A DNA stretch of 64,000 nucleotides from a virus, in the IMG/VR virus record IMGVR_UViG_3300043788_000049, positions 1-64,000 of that record, one strand, 5' to 3'. The notes beneath the pieces were generated by a model, which was not told the origin of the DNA, searched no databases, and was given only the letters and a program-made list of their open reading frames with translations. Position 1 is the first letter of the stretch. Each line of letters opens with the position of its first letter. Positions 48,250-58,944 of the stretch are shown here, in pieces. A program made the translations under genes and the position numbers.

Positions 48250-49184
48250 TCCCCTTCCATCCTTAGCTTTTGCTCGATCACGCCGCGGCGGCGCTCGCTT
48301 ATTTCCAGATATTGAACTTCCTCTTGATTTCCCCCAGGGCCAGCCCACAGGCCCGAGTTGAACGCCTTGACGAAACGCTCCAGGGCAAAATGGTTTTGCT
48401 TTTCCCCTAAAACCAGATCGTGCGGCTTGAGCGTGACCATCCGAGCCGAATAGGGAGGGGTCTTGCGGACGAAGTAGAAGGAGAAGTCCTCGATCTCCTG
48501 ACCGAATAAAATCCGGTGGCCCTCCGCGACTAATGCAGCTTGTTGCTGATAATTATATTCCCCGACGGTGCGAACGAGATCGTCCCACTTCACGCTCTGG
48601 GTTGTCTTGAGATCCAAGTAGTTGCCCGAATCAGTCGGGATGACGTCGGGCCGCGCGAGCAGCCAGATCCCCGTGCTCTCGTCCTGCCATGCCATGGTCA
48701 TTTCTATCAAACCATTGAGCACTCCCGCGCGCACCAGGGGCAGCTTGCCCAGCCCCGTCGCCATGCCTTTGATGTCCTCGACCATGTCGGGCGTCAGGAC
48801 GGTCAGGTCCGCCTCGGCGGCCTCGACGAGCCACTTCTTGCATTTGAGAGAATTGCCGCTCCATGGCTTCTCGTTGCCCTTCTCGTCCGTGTAGGTTTCC
48901 GGCCGGATGACGAAGCTCTTGCGAAACTCGGATTCCCCCATGAGCAAATGGTGGGTCGCGCGCCCGATGATGAGGTCTTTGTTCTCGGGCTTCTCGATCC
49001 GCTCCGGGTTGTAGGGCGAAAACGCCCAATAGTCGGCCTCCGAATCATCGAAGATTGTGCGGAGACTGGACGAGGACAGGGTGGGACCGACGCAAAGTCG
49101 TCCACTATGATAAGCGGAAATTCCTACGTTCGAATAAACGCCGGGCCTGTCGATGGGCTGGCCGGACCAGGGGATGATCTTCAT
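48246..49184 (-). CDS. RecE/exonuclease VIII-like PD-(D/E)xK nuclease
   Basis: YHS..LSSS, GRATH, ARPD, DLKT, Y.QQAA. Confidence 0.85.
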   Translation of the reverse strand: MKIIPWSGQPIDRPGVYSNVGISAYHSGRLCVGPTLSSSSLRTIFDDSEADYWAFSPYNPERIEKPENKDLIIGRATHHLLMGESEFRKSFVIRPETYTDEKGNEKPWSGNSLKCKKWLVEAAEADLTVLTPDMVEDIKGMATGLGKLPLVRAGVLNGLIEMTMAWQDESTGIWLLARPDVIPTDSGNYLDLKTTQSVKWDDLVRTVGEYNYQQQAALVAEGHRILFGQEIEDFSFYFVRKTPPYSARMVTLKPHDLVLGEKQNHFALERFVKAFNSGLWAGPGGNQEEVQYLEISERRRGVIEQKLRMEGE

Positions 49185-49371
49185 CGCCTTGCCCACAGCA
49201 CGAGAAACGGCAGGCCGGTCACGGCGCACAAGACTAGCCCGAACAAAAAGCCGGGGATGCCGTGATGAAGGCAATATTCAGCTATTTGGAACCCATCGAC
49301 GATGTCCGTGACAAACAAAACGAACATGGAAAGCACGGCAGTCATTATCCAAGCACCCAATAGATCTCTTT

Positions 49372-49710
49372 TCATCTTACGCGCCCCTCCAGAGCCTTGA
49401 CCGCCAATCCCAGCGCCGAACTGACCACGAGGCGCTTGGTCGCGTCCTCGATCTCGTCCATGCGGTCGAGGGTCCCACGAACCGTTTGTAGGATTGAGAA
49501 CTCGTTGTCGGCCGGAATGAGGTTTCGATAGTGGCCTTTGTCGGGGACCAGAAAGCCGTCCCGAATCATCCGGCCGATCATCTGTGACGTCCCGCCGATC
49601 GAGGAATAATTAAACTCCGTCATCACGTCTCGGAAACTCGGCGATATGCGATGCTTGGCGATATAGCGCCGGTAGAAGGCCAGGATGTCGTTCTGTTGCT
49701 TGCTGGGCAT
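49372..49710 (-). CDS. LexA-type DNA-binding-domain protein (no peptidase domain)
   Basis: KQQNDILAFY..YI....ISPSFRDVM..F..SS.....I..M...GF. Confidence 0.7.
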   Translation of the reverse strand: MPSKQQNDILAFYRRYIAKHRISPSFRDVMTEFNYSSIGGTSQMIGRMIRDGFLVPDKGHYRNLIPADNEFSILQTVRGTLDRMDEIEDATKRLVVSSALGLAVKALEGRVR

Positions 49711-49779
49711 TAGCCGGCGATCCTCGGTGGGGCCGAAGCGATTTCCATTAAACGTGTTCCCTTATGTTCCTTTCCGCCC

Positions 49780-49835
49780 AATTTAGTTTCCCCATTCGCC
49801 CCGTCAAGCCTTGACGCGCACAATTCCGACTATTT
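49780..49835. promoter_or_regulatory. Back-to-back divergent promoters
   Basis: Palindrome CGTCAAG-C-CTTGACG (49802-49816) gives a CTTGAC -35 on each strand. Confidence 0.55.
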
Positions 49836-49873
49836 AAGTGAAAAATTATTTCCACCAGCAAACGGACCAACCA

Positions 49874-50470
49874 ATGTCGGACATCAACGAAGACCAGCCC
49901 CCGAAGCGCAAGCCTGGGCGCCCTCCCGGCTCCAAAAATAAAACCTCGAACGGCGCAGAAGCAGCGCCTTCAAACGGTGAGGGCCACAACATCAAGCCGC
50001 TCACCGACGAGCAAAAGCAAAAGCTCTTTTTCGAGCACGTCGCGAGCTACCAGAAGGCCCTCAAGAAATTCAAGACGGCCCAAGCTGACCTGAAAAATGT
50101 GGGCAAAGTCATCAAGGGCGAAGGCACGAATCTCGCCGATGTGAAGCTGGCGATCGCGCTCGAAGACCCAGACCAAGAGGAAGCGCTACGCGAGCGCATC
50201 CAGTCCCAACTCAAGGTCGCGGCGTGGCTCGGCCTGCCGATCGGCTACCAAGCGGGCCTTTTCTCGGCGCTCCCCGAGGTCAGCAATTCCGATCAGCGGC
50301 ATTTCGAGGATGGCAAGCGCGCCGGCCTCAAAGGCGAATCAGCCAAGCCGCCAGATCACTTCGGGCAAGCGGCGGCCGACCACTGGCTCCAGGGCTATCA
50401 CGTCGGGCAGGCCGTCATCCTCGGCAAGTTCAAGAAGAAGGGCGATGGCGGCGATGAGGCTCACGCCTAA
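49874..50470 (+). CDS. Phage DNA-binding protein (AT-hook-like GRPPG; GapR-like helix)
   Basis: KRKPGRPPGSKNK, coiled segment, WLQGY C-terminus. Confidence 0.5.
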   Translation: MSDINEDQPPKRKPGRPPGSKNKTSNGAEAAPSNGEGHNIKPLTDEQKQKLFFEHVASYQKALKKFKTAQADLKNVGKVIKGEGTNLADVKLAIALEDPDQEEALRERIQSQLKVAAWLGLPIGYQAGLFSALPEVSNSDQRHFEDGKRAGLKGESAKPPDHFGQAAADHWLQGYHVGQAVILGKFKKKGDGGDEAHA

Positions 50471-50873
50471 GCGCGACCTGAACCAGGAGGCCCGGGCACA
50501 GGCCGCGATCGTCGATTTCATCAGGACGGTCGCCCCGCAATGCCTCTGCATCCATATCCCCATGGGCGGTCTCCGCACGAAATCGGAGGCCGCCAAGCTC
50601 AAGTGGATGGGAGCGATGGCCGGCGTGCCCGACCTCCTCCTGGTTGACGAACATTCGCTTTGCTACTTCATAGAAATAAAAGGGCTTGAGGGCCGCTTGA
50701 GCGAAAGCCAGCTCGCCTTCCGCGAACTCTGCCGCGCGCGCGGCTGGCCGTGGGGCATCTGCCGATCAATAGAAGACGCGCGGAATTTCCTAGCGCGCTG
50801 GAAAATAGTGAACCGCGAGGTGAAGAATGGCGAAACCGAAGCAGCTACCCAGCGCAGAATACCTGCGAACTAG
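50454..50873 (+). CDS. VRR-NUC nuclease / Holliday junction resolvase
   Basis: GAMAGVPDLL...FIEIK...GRLSESQ. Confidence 0.85.
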   Translation: MRLTPKRDLNQEARAQAAIVDFIRTVAPQCLCIHIPMGGLRTKSEAAKLKWMGAMAGVPDLLLVDEHSLCYFIEIKGLEGRLSESQLAFRELCRARGWPWGICRSIEDARNFLARWKIVNREVKNGETEAATQRRIPAN

Positions 50874-51387
50874 GTTTAACTACGATGAAGCCACAGGCAT
50901 TTTAACCTGGAAACCAATAAATGCCTTTATGGGATGGGAGTATTCTTGGAATCGACGTTGCGCGGGTAAGATTGCTGGAGCTATCAGTCTGGGGCATTAC
51001 ATGGTTTCCTTGGCTGGAGTTGGCAGCGTAGGTGCTCATCGTATCATTTGGAAAATAATCCACGGCGAAGACCCTCCGCCGATGCTTGACCACAAAAACA
51101 GAAACCCCCTCATCAATACCTTAGCAAATTTACGCCCAGCTACGGCCGAACAAAACTGCCAGAACGGGCGGCTCCGATCTGACAACACCACGGGCGCGAG
51201 GGGAGTCTATCTTCACGAAAGCGGTCGATATCGTGTCCTCATCACCGCAGCCCACAAACAACACCACATCGGTTATTTCGCCACATTAGAAGAAGCCGTT
51301 GCCGCTCGAAAAATTGCGGCCGAGAAGCTTCATGGCGAATTTGCATCTCACCTTGCAGGGGATATTCATGGGGCCAGCGCCGCTTAG
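50827..51387 (+). CDS. HNH-AP2 homing endonuclease
   Basis: YDEATG.L.W..AHRIIW..DHKNRNP..N...NLRPAT..NTTGARGV..HIGYF. Confidence 0.85.
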   Translation: MAKPKQLPSAEYLRTRFNYDEATGILTWKPINAFMGWEYSWNRRCAGKIAGAISLGHYMVSLAGVGSVGAHRIIWKIIHGEDPPPMLDHKNRNPLINTLANLRPATAEQNCQNGRLRSDNTTGARGVYLHESGRYRVLITAAHKQHHIGYFATLEEAVAARKIAAEKLHGEFASHLAGDIHGASAA

Positions 51388-51761
51388 CCATAGCGCACAT
51401 GTCGCCGACTATTATCGCCACCACGCATTCGCGAACCGCGAATCACCCGCCGAATATTTCCGGCTCCATCGCCACCGCCGCACCCACCTGATTCTCTCCG
51501 GGGCGCCGATTCGATTCGTCGAGAAGCAGATCAGGATGCCGCGCGAGCCATCGCGGCCTGTGGAAAACCCTTAGAAATCCGAGAGCAGACGATGGCTTAT
51601 TGACGGCGAGCCAAAAGCTTGCCTACAAAATGCAGATCGGGCCACTCCAGCCAGAAGTGAGCCCGATCCTGGATATCAACGTGTGCGCCCGGTGACATCT
51701 TGAATAAGCTTTCACCATACTTTTATTGCGGTTTCAAGTCGGCTCGCGAGGTATTGTCCTC

Positions 51762-52586
51762 GTGAGTTTCGATCCAACCCTTATTGCCGATCTCGTTCGA
51801 TCTGGCACAGACCCCGATCTGATCGCCAGAGTAGCCGCGGCACTGACGGCCTTTCCAGTGTGCAGCGCAATAGCACCCGTTAGCGAACGGGAGCAAGCTA
51901 CAGATGATGACCGGCAAAAAGTGCGGCGCGAGGCTGCAGCAAAACGTCAGGCGCGGTGTCGGGAGCGCCGCCGAGAGGCCGAGAGAGGGGCCCTCACAGC
52001 GTTACTTTTGCGTGACGCAGAGCGTGACGTCACGCGTGACAAAGCGTTACTTTTGCGTGACGTCACGCCCCCCGAAGCCTCGCGTGCGCGCGCGTTCTCT
52101 GTTGTCGAAGAAGAAGATAATTACCCCCCAGGTGCTTCGCACCTCCCTACCCCCACGAAAGAACTCAGCGTGACAAGCGTGACTATTCCTGACAACTCTG
52201 TTGACCTTTTTGGAGACAAACTAAAGTCGAAGGCCCTCATCAGAGCCGAGGGTAATCAAGCCCTGCTCGATCGCATCACAGGCTTGTGGAACGCTTGGGC
52301 GGTGCAACATGGATCACCGCAGGTCCAAGGCTTGACCAAAGCGCGTGGCGTCCATTGCCGGCGGCGCATTGCCGATTTGATGGAATTTGGGCCAAAGACA
52401 CCAGAGGAAGCTTTCAAATTCCTGCTCACAAAATGCGATCAATCTTTTTTTGCGCATGGCGCATCGAGAGCGCCGCTGAAATTCAATCAGCTAATGCGAG
52501 AAGACTTCATGATCGAAATGATCGAAGACGGTTTTATTTACAGAAAGCCGAACGGAGAAAAAAAATGGTCAAACGGAAAGATCTGA
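51762..52586 (+). CDS. Replication initiator-like protein
   Basis: GAGG SD plus GTG; basic RQARCRERR segment, internal DNA repeats and a C-terminal domain (lambda O-like architecture). Confidence 0.6.
   Translation: MSFDPTLIADLVRSGTDPDLIARVAAALTAFPVCSAIAPVSEREQATDDDRQKVRREAAAKRQARCRERRREAERGALTALLLRDAERDVTRDKALLLRDVTPPEASRARAFSVVEEEDNYPPGASHLPTPTKELSVTSVTIPDNSVDLFGDKLKSKALIRAEGNQALLDRITGLWNAWAVQHGSPQVQGLTKARGVHCRRRIADLMEFGPKTPEEAFKFLLTKCDQSFFAHGASRAPLKFNQLMREDFMIEMIEDGFIYRKPNGEKKWSNGKI
51998..52183. repeat. Iteron-like repeats (candidate origin)
   Basis: AGCGTTACTTTTGCGTGACG at 51998 and 52043; palindrome GCGTGACGTCACGC at 52022 and 52055; further AGCGTGAC copies at about 52167 and 52176. 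Confidence 0.65.
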
Positions 52587-53155
52587 CGGTCATCGCAGGG
52601 GGCGGCGGCGTAGGTTCGGGCCCGACGACGAAGGGGAATTATCAGGCGCGCGCCTTGGAGTTCATTAAGACGAGGGGCCTTGGCAAGGGCTTCGTGATCC
52701 GCACCGCATATCCGCTGGGCGAGCCGTCGAAGTGGCCTGTCAGGGATTTCCCGATGACCGAGGCGCAATGGAACGCTTGGATGATTTATCTGGCGCGGAT
52801 TAATTTCAAAACGCATTTCGTTCGGTCGCAGGGCTTGATGACGGTGCCGGCGGAGTGGCCCGAAGAATTTGATTCTGACGCGCCACTGAGTGACCGGGAT
52901 TATCGACCGCTACCGAAGCCGTCCAGGGACTATCGGCCAGAAATTGCCAGGATGATGAAGGAGCTTGCCGCCTCGATCCAGTCCACAGCGGACGAGCGCC
53001 GGGCCGCAGCGAATCCACCGAGGACGCCCGAGCAGCACGAAGCGCATCTGGCGGCCTTGAGAACTAAATATTACGACAAGCCTATCACCGAGCCGCTCCA
53101 CCCGGCGATGCTCAAGCGGCCACCGGAGGCCGACTTTCCGGTCGAGGGGATTTAA
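52565..53155 (+). CDS. Hypothetical protein (replication accessory position)
   Basis: Overlaps the end of the initiator gene. Confidence 0.55.
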   Translation: MVKRKDLTVIAGGGGVGSGPTTKGNYQARALEFIKTRGLGKGFVIRTAYPLGEPSKWPVRDFPMTEAQWNAWMIYLARINFKTHFVRSQGLMTVPAEWPEEFDSDAPLSDRDYRPLPKPSRDYRPEIARMMKELAASIQSTADERRAAANPPRTPEQHEAHLAALRTKYYDKPITEPLHPAMLKRPPEADFPVEGI

Positions 53156-55597
53156 TGCCTGTGCTTCCGGTCCCGCCATCCCTTACCCAAGGGCTTCTTG
53201 AACCGGAAGGGCCATTCCTCCGCGCGGAGTTTGCGACGCCGTATCCCGCCAACCCAAGTAGTAAGGCCGATGACGAGCATCACCAGGGCCATGAGGATGA
53301 TAGCGAGCACGGCGCCCCCAGGATCAACAGGGGCGCTCACTGGCGGCAAGGTGACTTCGGTGGTCATCGACCCTACTGCGCGCCCTCGTGCGGGCCTCCG
53401 TCGATCTTATTGAGGCGCTGGAGCACGGTCTCCCAATGCTTCTTGTTGTCCGCCGCTTCGAGGGTCCGCTGGGCCTGCACGGCGCTTAGGGTCTGGGAGA
53501 GCGTCGCGAAGTTAGAGCTAAGGCTATTCAGGTGGACCTTCATGCCCTGATCGGGATCGGCGATGGTTGTTATGACTTGATTGATGGCCTTCCCGTGGTC
53601 TGCAAGGGTCGTCTTCTGATCCTGTTGGGTCCATTGGATTTGGGACAGGGAGATGTCGTGGTCGTGGGTTTCTTTCACGATCCAGAGGACGCCGGATGCG
53701 ATGACCGTCGTGGCAATGCCCGAGACGATCTTGCCAACGCTGATGTCCATTTGCCCCTCACGGATGCCGTGTGAAAACTTCAAAGGTCATGACCAGCGCG
53801 TAGATTAGCCCACCGGCGCCGATAATGTAACCCCAGAGGTCGCCCCGGCCCGCGCCGCGCGCCTCTATCACCGTGAGGCGATCCTTCATGTCGTCGATGA
53901 CCGACGTCAGCCCATCCACCTGCTTGGTGAACAACTGCTCAGTCTTTGTGATCGAATCCTTGGTGTTGTCGTTCTGAAGATCAACCAAAGTCTGGGCGGC
54001 TTTCAGCGCCGCATCGAGGGCCGTCTGCTTATAGGTGTCGGATTGAGTGAGGCGTGTCCCAAGCTCGGTGAACCGGGTCCCGACGCCGACGAACTTTTCC
54101 TCATGAAGTAGCTTAAGGCTCTCGATCTTTGCCTCAGTCAGGTCACTGACATTCTTGGCCGCGATGTCGACGTGCCGCGTGATCGTAATTTCCACGTCCT
54201 TGCTGATCTTCTCCATAGAATCGAGACGAACTTCTAGCTTCTCCCGGAGGGCGTTTGTGGCCTTCTCGACCAGCTCGTTGGTGAGCGTCGTCGGGTCGGG
54301 GATCGGCCGGACGATCATGTTCGGCGCGTCGTTGGCGGCGGCCATCAAATCCTCCCCGTTATGGCGAGGATGATGACCACGACCAGGATAACGCCGACGA
54401 GGCTTAGGCCGCCGCCAACGCCAGCCCCGACATAGCCGAAGCCGCCAAAGATAACGATCAGCAGGAGAAGGATGAGGAGGAGGGGCATGTTATTGCAGGA
54501 GCCTCCCCGCCGTCTCAACGAGGATCACGCCGATGAAGCCCAGGAAGAAAGCCAGGATGCCGCTGGCGAACCGATCAATCATGGCCGTCTCCTTCGCGGC
54601 TCAAAGGCCCATTCCATCAACGCCTTCTTCAACCTACGCCATTCCCGCACGTCTGCGTTCCGGGGGTTCGCCCTGGCTATGTCCTCCACGCTCTTACCGG
54701 GTTCTATGAAGGCAACGCGGCGCGCGGCCGCCTTCGCCTGCTCAATCAGGATGACGCGACGCCGTCGATGGGCGTCGTCACCCAAGCAATGTCGCAGCTC
54801 CAAGGGGGAAGAGTTGGACTAGATGCACACACTCGATCAGCATGAAGAAGACGACGATGATCGCGATGATCACCGCTCCCCAGATCAAGATGTTGATCGC
54901 CCCCATCACAAGGCCGCCGGACGCGCCGAGCGCCGAGAGGATGGTCGGGAGAACCAGCTTGACGAACGCCACAACCATGCAAACGACCACGAGCACGATC
55001 AGAATATGCTCGATCCAAGAGAGTGATGCACAGCCGCCCATGGCAGTTGTCCTTCTGTTACTTCTGGCCCGGCCTCGGTTCGCTTGGCCCAGGCTTGAAG
55101 GTCGAAAACCAAGTCTTCAGACGCCCGGCTGAAGCGTCGAGCGCCGCGTCAACATGAGCCAGGGCGTCGGCGCCCTTGTTCAGGCCCGCGACCAAATCCG
55201 CTCGGAGCGCGGCAAGCTCCGCATCGATCTTCGCCATCGCCGTAGTGTGGTCGGTCATCGCTCACGGTCCCTTTGCTGGCGGCGTTGAGGCCGCAGCCAC
55301 CGCCGAATTGAGCGCCGTCACCTGCGTGTTGATCTGCTGCACAATCGCTTCGACGGCAGCGTCGGGGGTCCCAGCCGTCGCGGCGCCCAACTGAGTGAGG
55401 AGAGACGAGATTTCCGTCGTGGCGCTCGTGATCGCCGTGGTGAGAGAGGCCATGGAAGCCTGGAGGTCGGTAAGAGCGGACATGATGGCAGTTCCTTGCT
55501 TGATGAGAAGCGCGAGAGAAGCCGAAATATTCTTCTGGCCCGCCAGAATGGCGTTCAGTTGTTGGTAGGTGGAGGGCCCGAAGCCGTCGTCACTCAT
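53152..55597 (-). other. Cluster of small membrane and coiled-coil genes downstream of the lysis genes
   Basis: 53152-53367 TM; 53373-53751 TM plus coil; 53758-54345 coil plus C-terminal TM; 54345-54488 DUF3309-like; 54490-54582 TM; 54778-55041 two TM; 55058-55258; 55262-55597. Confidence 0.6.
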
Positions 55598-55657
55598 CCC
55601 ATTGGTATACGCTAAAGTTCTGGAGAACCCAAGACGGTCGTATACCTACGGAGATAC

Positions 55658-56428
55658 TCAGACCGAGAGCTGGCCGCCGCCCATCGCCTGATAGGCTGCG
55701 ACGATCTGGGCATAGGCAAGTTTGTTCGGGGCTGCGCCATTTGCTGCAATCCAATCCTTGGAAAGAATGCAATAGCTTTCCTCGACATAGGTGTCCCACC
55801 ACGCCCAAGTAAGTTGCTTAAGGCCGCCCCATGTGATGCAGGTAAGGCCGCGAAGAGTATATGAAATCGTCAAAAAACAATGTCCCCCCCATGAGCCGGG
55901 TTTGCCTCTGCCGACAGGACCGCCAGCCGGGACATCCCAAACATCCTGTGTTTGAGCCGAAAGCGGCATGGCAGCCCCGGTATAGACGCCGCCGAAAATT
56001 TCGATCCCATCCCTCACGCTTTCCTGGTTTTCAGGAGCCACGGCGACAAAGGCATCCGGCTTATGGCCCGCTAGACCGTTTTTGACCCACCACGTCAAAA
56101 CATCTGCGCAGACACCGCCAACGTCCGATGTCGGATCGGAGGGGTCGTAACCACAGGATGCCTCATACATGGTCTCAACGGAAATGTCGGGCGGAGTAAA
56201 TTCGGAACTAGCATTTAATGTCCAGACTTGTTCCTGGTGGCCAGCAGCAGCGCAGGTGCAATCACTGATTCGGTCGTTCAGGAGGACTCCCCAACTCGTC
56301 ACGTCACGCGACCAATCGCAAACGTCCGGAGCCAGTGGAAGTTTTGCCGTATATGCCGATAGCAATGGCAATCCTGGTAGCGGTTTCACTGGCAGGCGGC
56401 CGAGTTTCATCGCAGAATGGTCAGCCAT
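55658..56428 (-). CDS. Papain-like cysteine peptidase
   Basis: LNDRISDCTCAAAGH...GGHC...ITWG. Confidence 0.65.
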   Translation of the reverse strand: MADHSAMKLGRLPVKPLPGLPLLSAYTAKLPLAPDVCDWSRDVTSWGVLLNDRISDCTCAAAGHQEQVWTLNASSEFTPPDISVETMYEASCGYDPSDPTSDVGGVCADVLTWWVKNGLAGHKPDAFVAVAPENQESVRDGIEIFGGVYTGAAMPLSAQTQDVWDVPAGGPVGRGKPGSWGGHCFLTISYTLRGLTCITWGGLKQLTWAWWDTYVEESYCILSKDWIAANGAAPNKLAYAQIVAAYQAMGGGQLSV

Positions 56429-56523
56429 TGAATTTCTCCCAAGCCCTATGTTAAAAATGACGGAGCCGTAGGACGCGCTAACGCCCAACGGCTCCTTGAC
56501 ACTGAGCCTTCGTGAGAGGTCCA

Positions 56524-57126
56524 ATGCCATCCCTCAAAATATGCTCGATCCAAGGCTGCAGCAAACGCGTTGCGGGACGCGGATGGTGTATGACCCACTA
56601 TTCCCGCTGGCGCATCAATGGCGATCCCCTGATCGTCCATTGCGTGATACCCCCAAAGGAAGCCGTTAAGCAATTCTTCGAAAAAGCGCTTTCTTATTGC
56701 GGCGAAGAATGCCTGATTTGGCCCTACAGTCGCGATCGGATGGGCTATGCGACAATGCACCGAGGCAAAGAAGCGCCCAACAATACCTGTTTTGTTTCCC
56801 GGCGTATTTGTTATGCAGTTCATGGGGCACCCCCAACGCCCAAGCACGAGGCCGCTCATTCGTGTGGCAAAGGTGGCCTTGGGTGCATCGCCCCGTTGCA
56901 TTTGAGATGGGCGACGCACCGGGAAAATGTCCACGACGGGTTTATCCACGGCACCATAGGTCGCGGGGAGACCCATCGCGGAGCCAAGCTTACCGACGCT
57001 GCGGTGAGGGAAATACGGTTGCTCGCTCCAGTGCTCACACATAAAGAAATTGCTCGGCGTTTCGGCGTAGCGGCCGCAACCATTGATTACGTGGTATGCC
57101 GCAGGACTTGGCGTCACGTCCTCTGA
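56524..57126 (+). CDS. HNH homing endonuclease (Zn-binding loop type)
   Basis: CSIQGC..CMTHY; CLIWP; AAHSCG..CIAPLHLRWAT..EN; C-terminal HTH. Confidence 0.82.
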   Translation: MPSLKICSIQGCSKRVAGRGWCMTHYSRWRINGDPLIVHCVIPPKEAVKQFFEKALSYCGEECLIWPYSRDRMGYATMHRGKEAPNNTCFVSRRICYAVHGAPPTPKHEAAHSCGKGGLGCIAPLHLRWATHRENVHDGFIHGTIGRGETHRGAKLTDAAVREIRLLAPVLTHKEIARRFGVAAATIDYVVCRRTWRHVL

Positions 57127-57340
57127 TTCCTAGAAACCGGGCGGCGACGGAGGCTTGGTCTACGTAGTCCGCGGCCATCCGCGTCACTCATATTGTCACC
57201 CGCAGCCCAAATCTTGAACAGCCGCTCCCAGCGGTCGAACGCCTCGTCCCTGTTAACGTTGCGCCGGTGGCACATTAGCCAGCCGGCGCAGAAGGAAAAC
57301 AAAGCGGTGACCGGCAGGAACGCCCAGACCCAGCCGCACA

Positions 57341-57748
57341 TCACGCAATCGGCGGGAAGCCGCAGGCTTTAATGAACGCGATGGCCCCGGCATAGCCGGC
57401 CGCGCTGATCGCCGCGATCGTATCGGAGTTCTCGAACGAGGCTCCGGTCACGACTATCTCCGAGGAATAGGTCGGAGGGGTTGTCGCCGCCGCCGCGAGC
57501 TTGATCATGGTGTGTGGCTTGAGCCACAGCATCCCGGCCGCATCCGCCGAGAGGACCATCCCGTCCGGGCTCGCCATGCAGTTCGAGAGCGTGATCGCCG
57601 TATTGTGGTCGGCGGGATTGTCTGGGTCCGAACCAGCATCCCAGATGCGCGTCTGGACTGCCAAGCTCGTCGGCCCGCTCTGCATAAGGGTGACTTTGTT
57701 GAGCGCCCCCGACACGACCGAGACGATGGTAAACATATTGACGGCCAT
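57341..57748 (-). CDS. Hypothetical protein
   Basis: GGGAG SD; co-oriented with the lysis genes. Confidence 0.55.
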   Translation of the reverse strand: MAVNMFTIVSVVSGALNKVTLMQSGPTSLAVQTRIWDAGSDPDNPADHNTAITLSNCMASPDGMVLSADAAGMLWLKPHTMIKLAAAATTPPTYSSEIVVTGASFENSDTIAAISAAGYAGAIAFIKACGFPPIA

Positions 57749-57762
57749 TGCGGTGCTCCCTG

Positions 57763-58161
57763 TCAGACCCGCGTTCCGTGGATGACAATTTGCTTATTGT
57801 TGATCGTGACGACCGGGAGCGGCAGCCCGCGGCGGCGCGCGCTGGCGGTGGTCGCCGGGGTGGCGTTGACCGCATCGCAGATGACCTTGGCGACCGCCTC
57901 GACGGGCACGATGACGGTGCCGGCGGGGCCATAGGCGGCAAGGACGGCGGCGACGCTCTCGATGGTCGGCAGGAAGCTACAGCCCGCAACGACGGCCGAG
58001 CGCACCGAGTTGATGAACGCCGTGACGTCCTGCTGGACGACAGGCGGCACGCCGCCAGCGCAAGCGGCAAGGCTGAGGGCCGCGGCGACCGGCAGGGCGT
58101 TGACCAGTCCCCGGAGGGCGAGCGATCCGGCGAAGATCGGGATAGCAATGGCCTTCTGCAT
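57763..58161 (-). CDS. Lipoprotein (possible spanin component)
   Basis: LSLAA|C lipobox; follows the holin-like gene. Confidence 0.55.
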   Translation of the reverse strand: MQKAIAIPIFAGSLALRGLVNALPVAAALSLAACAGGVPPVVQQDVTAFINSVRSAVVAGCSFLPTIESVAAVLAAYGPAGTVIVPVEAVAKVICDAVNATPATTASARRRGLPLPVVTINNKQIVIHGTRV

Positions 58162-58162
58162 G

Positions 58163-58540
58163 TCAGGCTCCCTTCTTGAGCTGCGCGGTTCCGCTGACGT
58201 TGCCGCTGACCACAACATTGTCGGTGATGAAGTCCGAGGCCGTGACGACCTTGTCGTTGTCGTTGTGGGCCGCATTGTTGGCGACCGCAGGCGTGGTGAT
58301 GACGCTCACAACTCCAGGCGCGTGGCTGGCGGCCGTGATGACGGCGTCCGGCGTGTGCTGGTAGGACTTGTAGCGCTCGATCACGAAGCCGACGATCAGC
58401 ATGATGATGGTGCCGAAGGCCGCGGTCGTCGAATCGAGGTCCGGCGAAGTGACGATGCCCTTGCTGACGAGCCAAGCGGCGACTGCGCCGGCAAGCCACA
58501 TGGCTGCGCTGGTGACGGTGCTCTTAAGCTGCGGGTCCAT
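58163..58540 (-). CDS. Holin-like membrane protein
   Basis: Two hydrophobic helices; near the endolysin. Confidence 0.55.
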   Translation of the reverse strand: MDPQLKSTVTSAAMWLAGAVAAWLVSKGIVTSPDLDSTTAAFGTIIMLIVGFVIERYKSYQHTPDAVITAASHAPGVVSVITTPAVANNAAHNDNDKVVTASDFITDNVVVSGNVSGTAQLKKGA

Positions 58541-58690
58541 TGGGTGTTCCTTTTGGTTTTTTCCATGCTCCTGGTGGAAAAGAAGGAAGGCTAAAGAACG
58601 GCCAGTTTTTCCACCAAAGCACAAGTCGCCAAGGCCATTTGAACGCATACAGTCGAACACCTAACGGGCCAATACCGAAACCGGGCGTTG

Positions 58691-58936
58691 TCATTCCACT
58701 CTCCAAATACGGACGCCTTCTTTAAGCTTTCGCGTCGTGAACTTGCGGCCGGTCTCGCGCGTGATCGCAGTCGCGAACGCGCTCAGGTTATGCTGGGTCC
58801 TCTCCGGGAATAGCACGCTGTCGCCTATTTCCATATCCCGCAAGATAGAGCGTTCCTGCGAGGGCGCGGGGATCGGGACCCCCTTCTCGATCTCTGGGGC
58901 AGCGAACAACGCCTTATGGTTCAGGAAATCTGGCAC
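58691..58936 (-). CDS. Small DNA-binding protein (IEKGVPIP family)
   Basis: IEKGVPIP..MEIGDS..FTTR...GVRIWR. Confidence 0.65.
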   Translation of the reverse strand: MPDFLNHKALFAAPEIEKGVPIPAPSQERSILRDMEIGDSVLFPERTQHNLSAFATAITRETGRKFTTRKLKEGVRIWRVE

Positions 58937-58944
58937 ATGGTTCC

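Noticed and set aside
49756-49769. Alphaproteobacterial LexA box (GTTC-N7-GTTC)
   Set aside because: The spacing here is N6 (GTTC CCTTAT GTTC).
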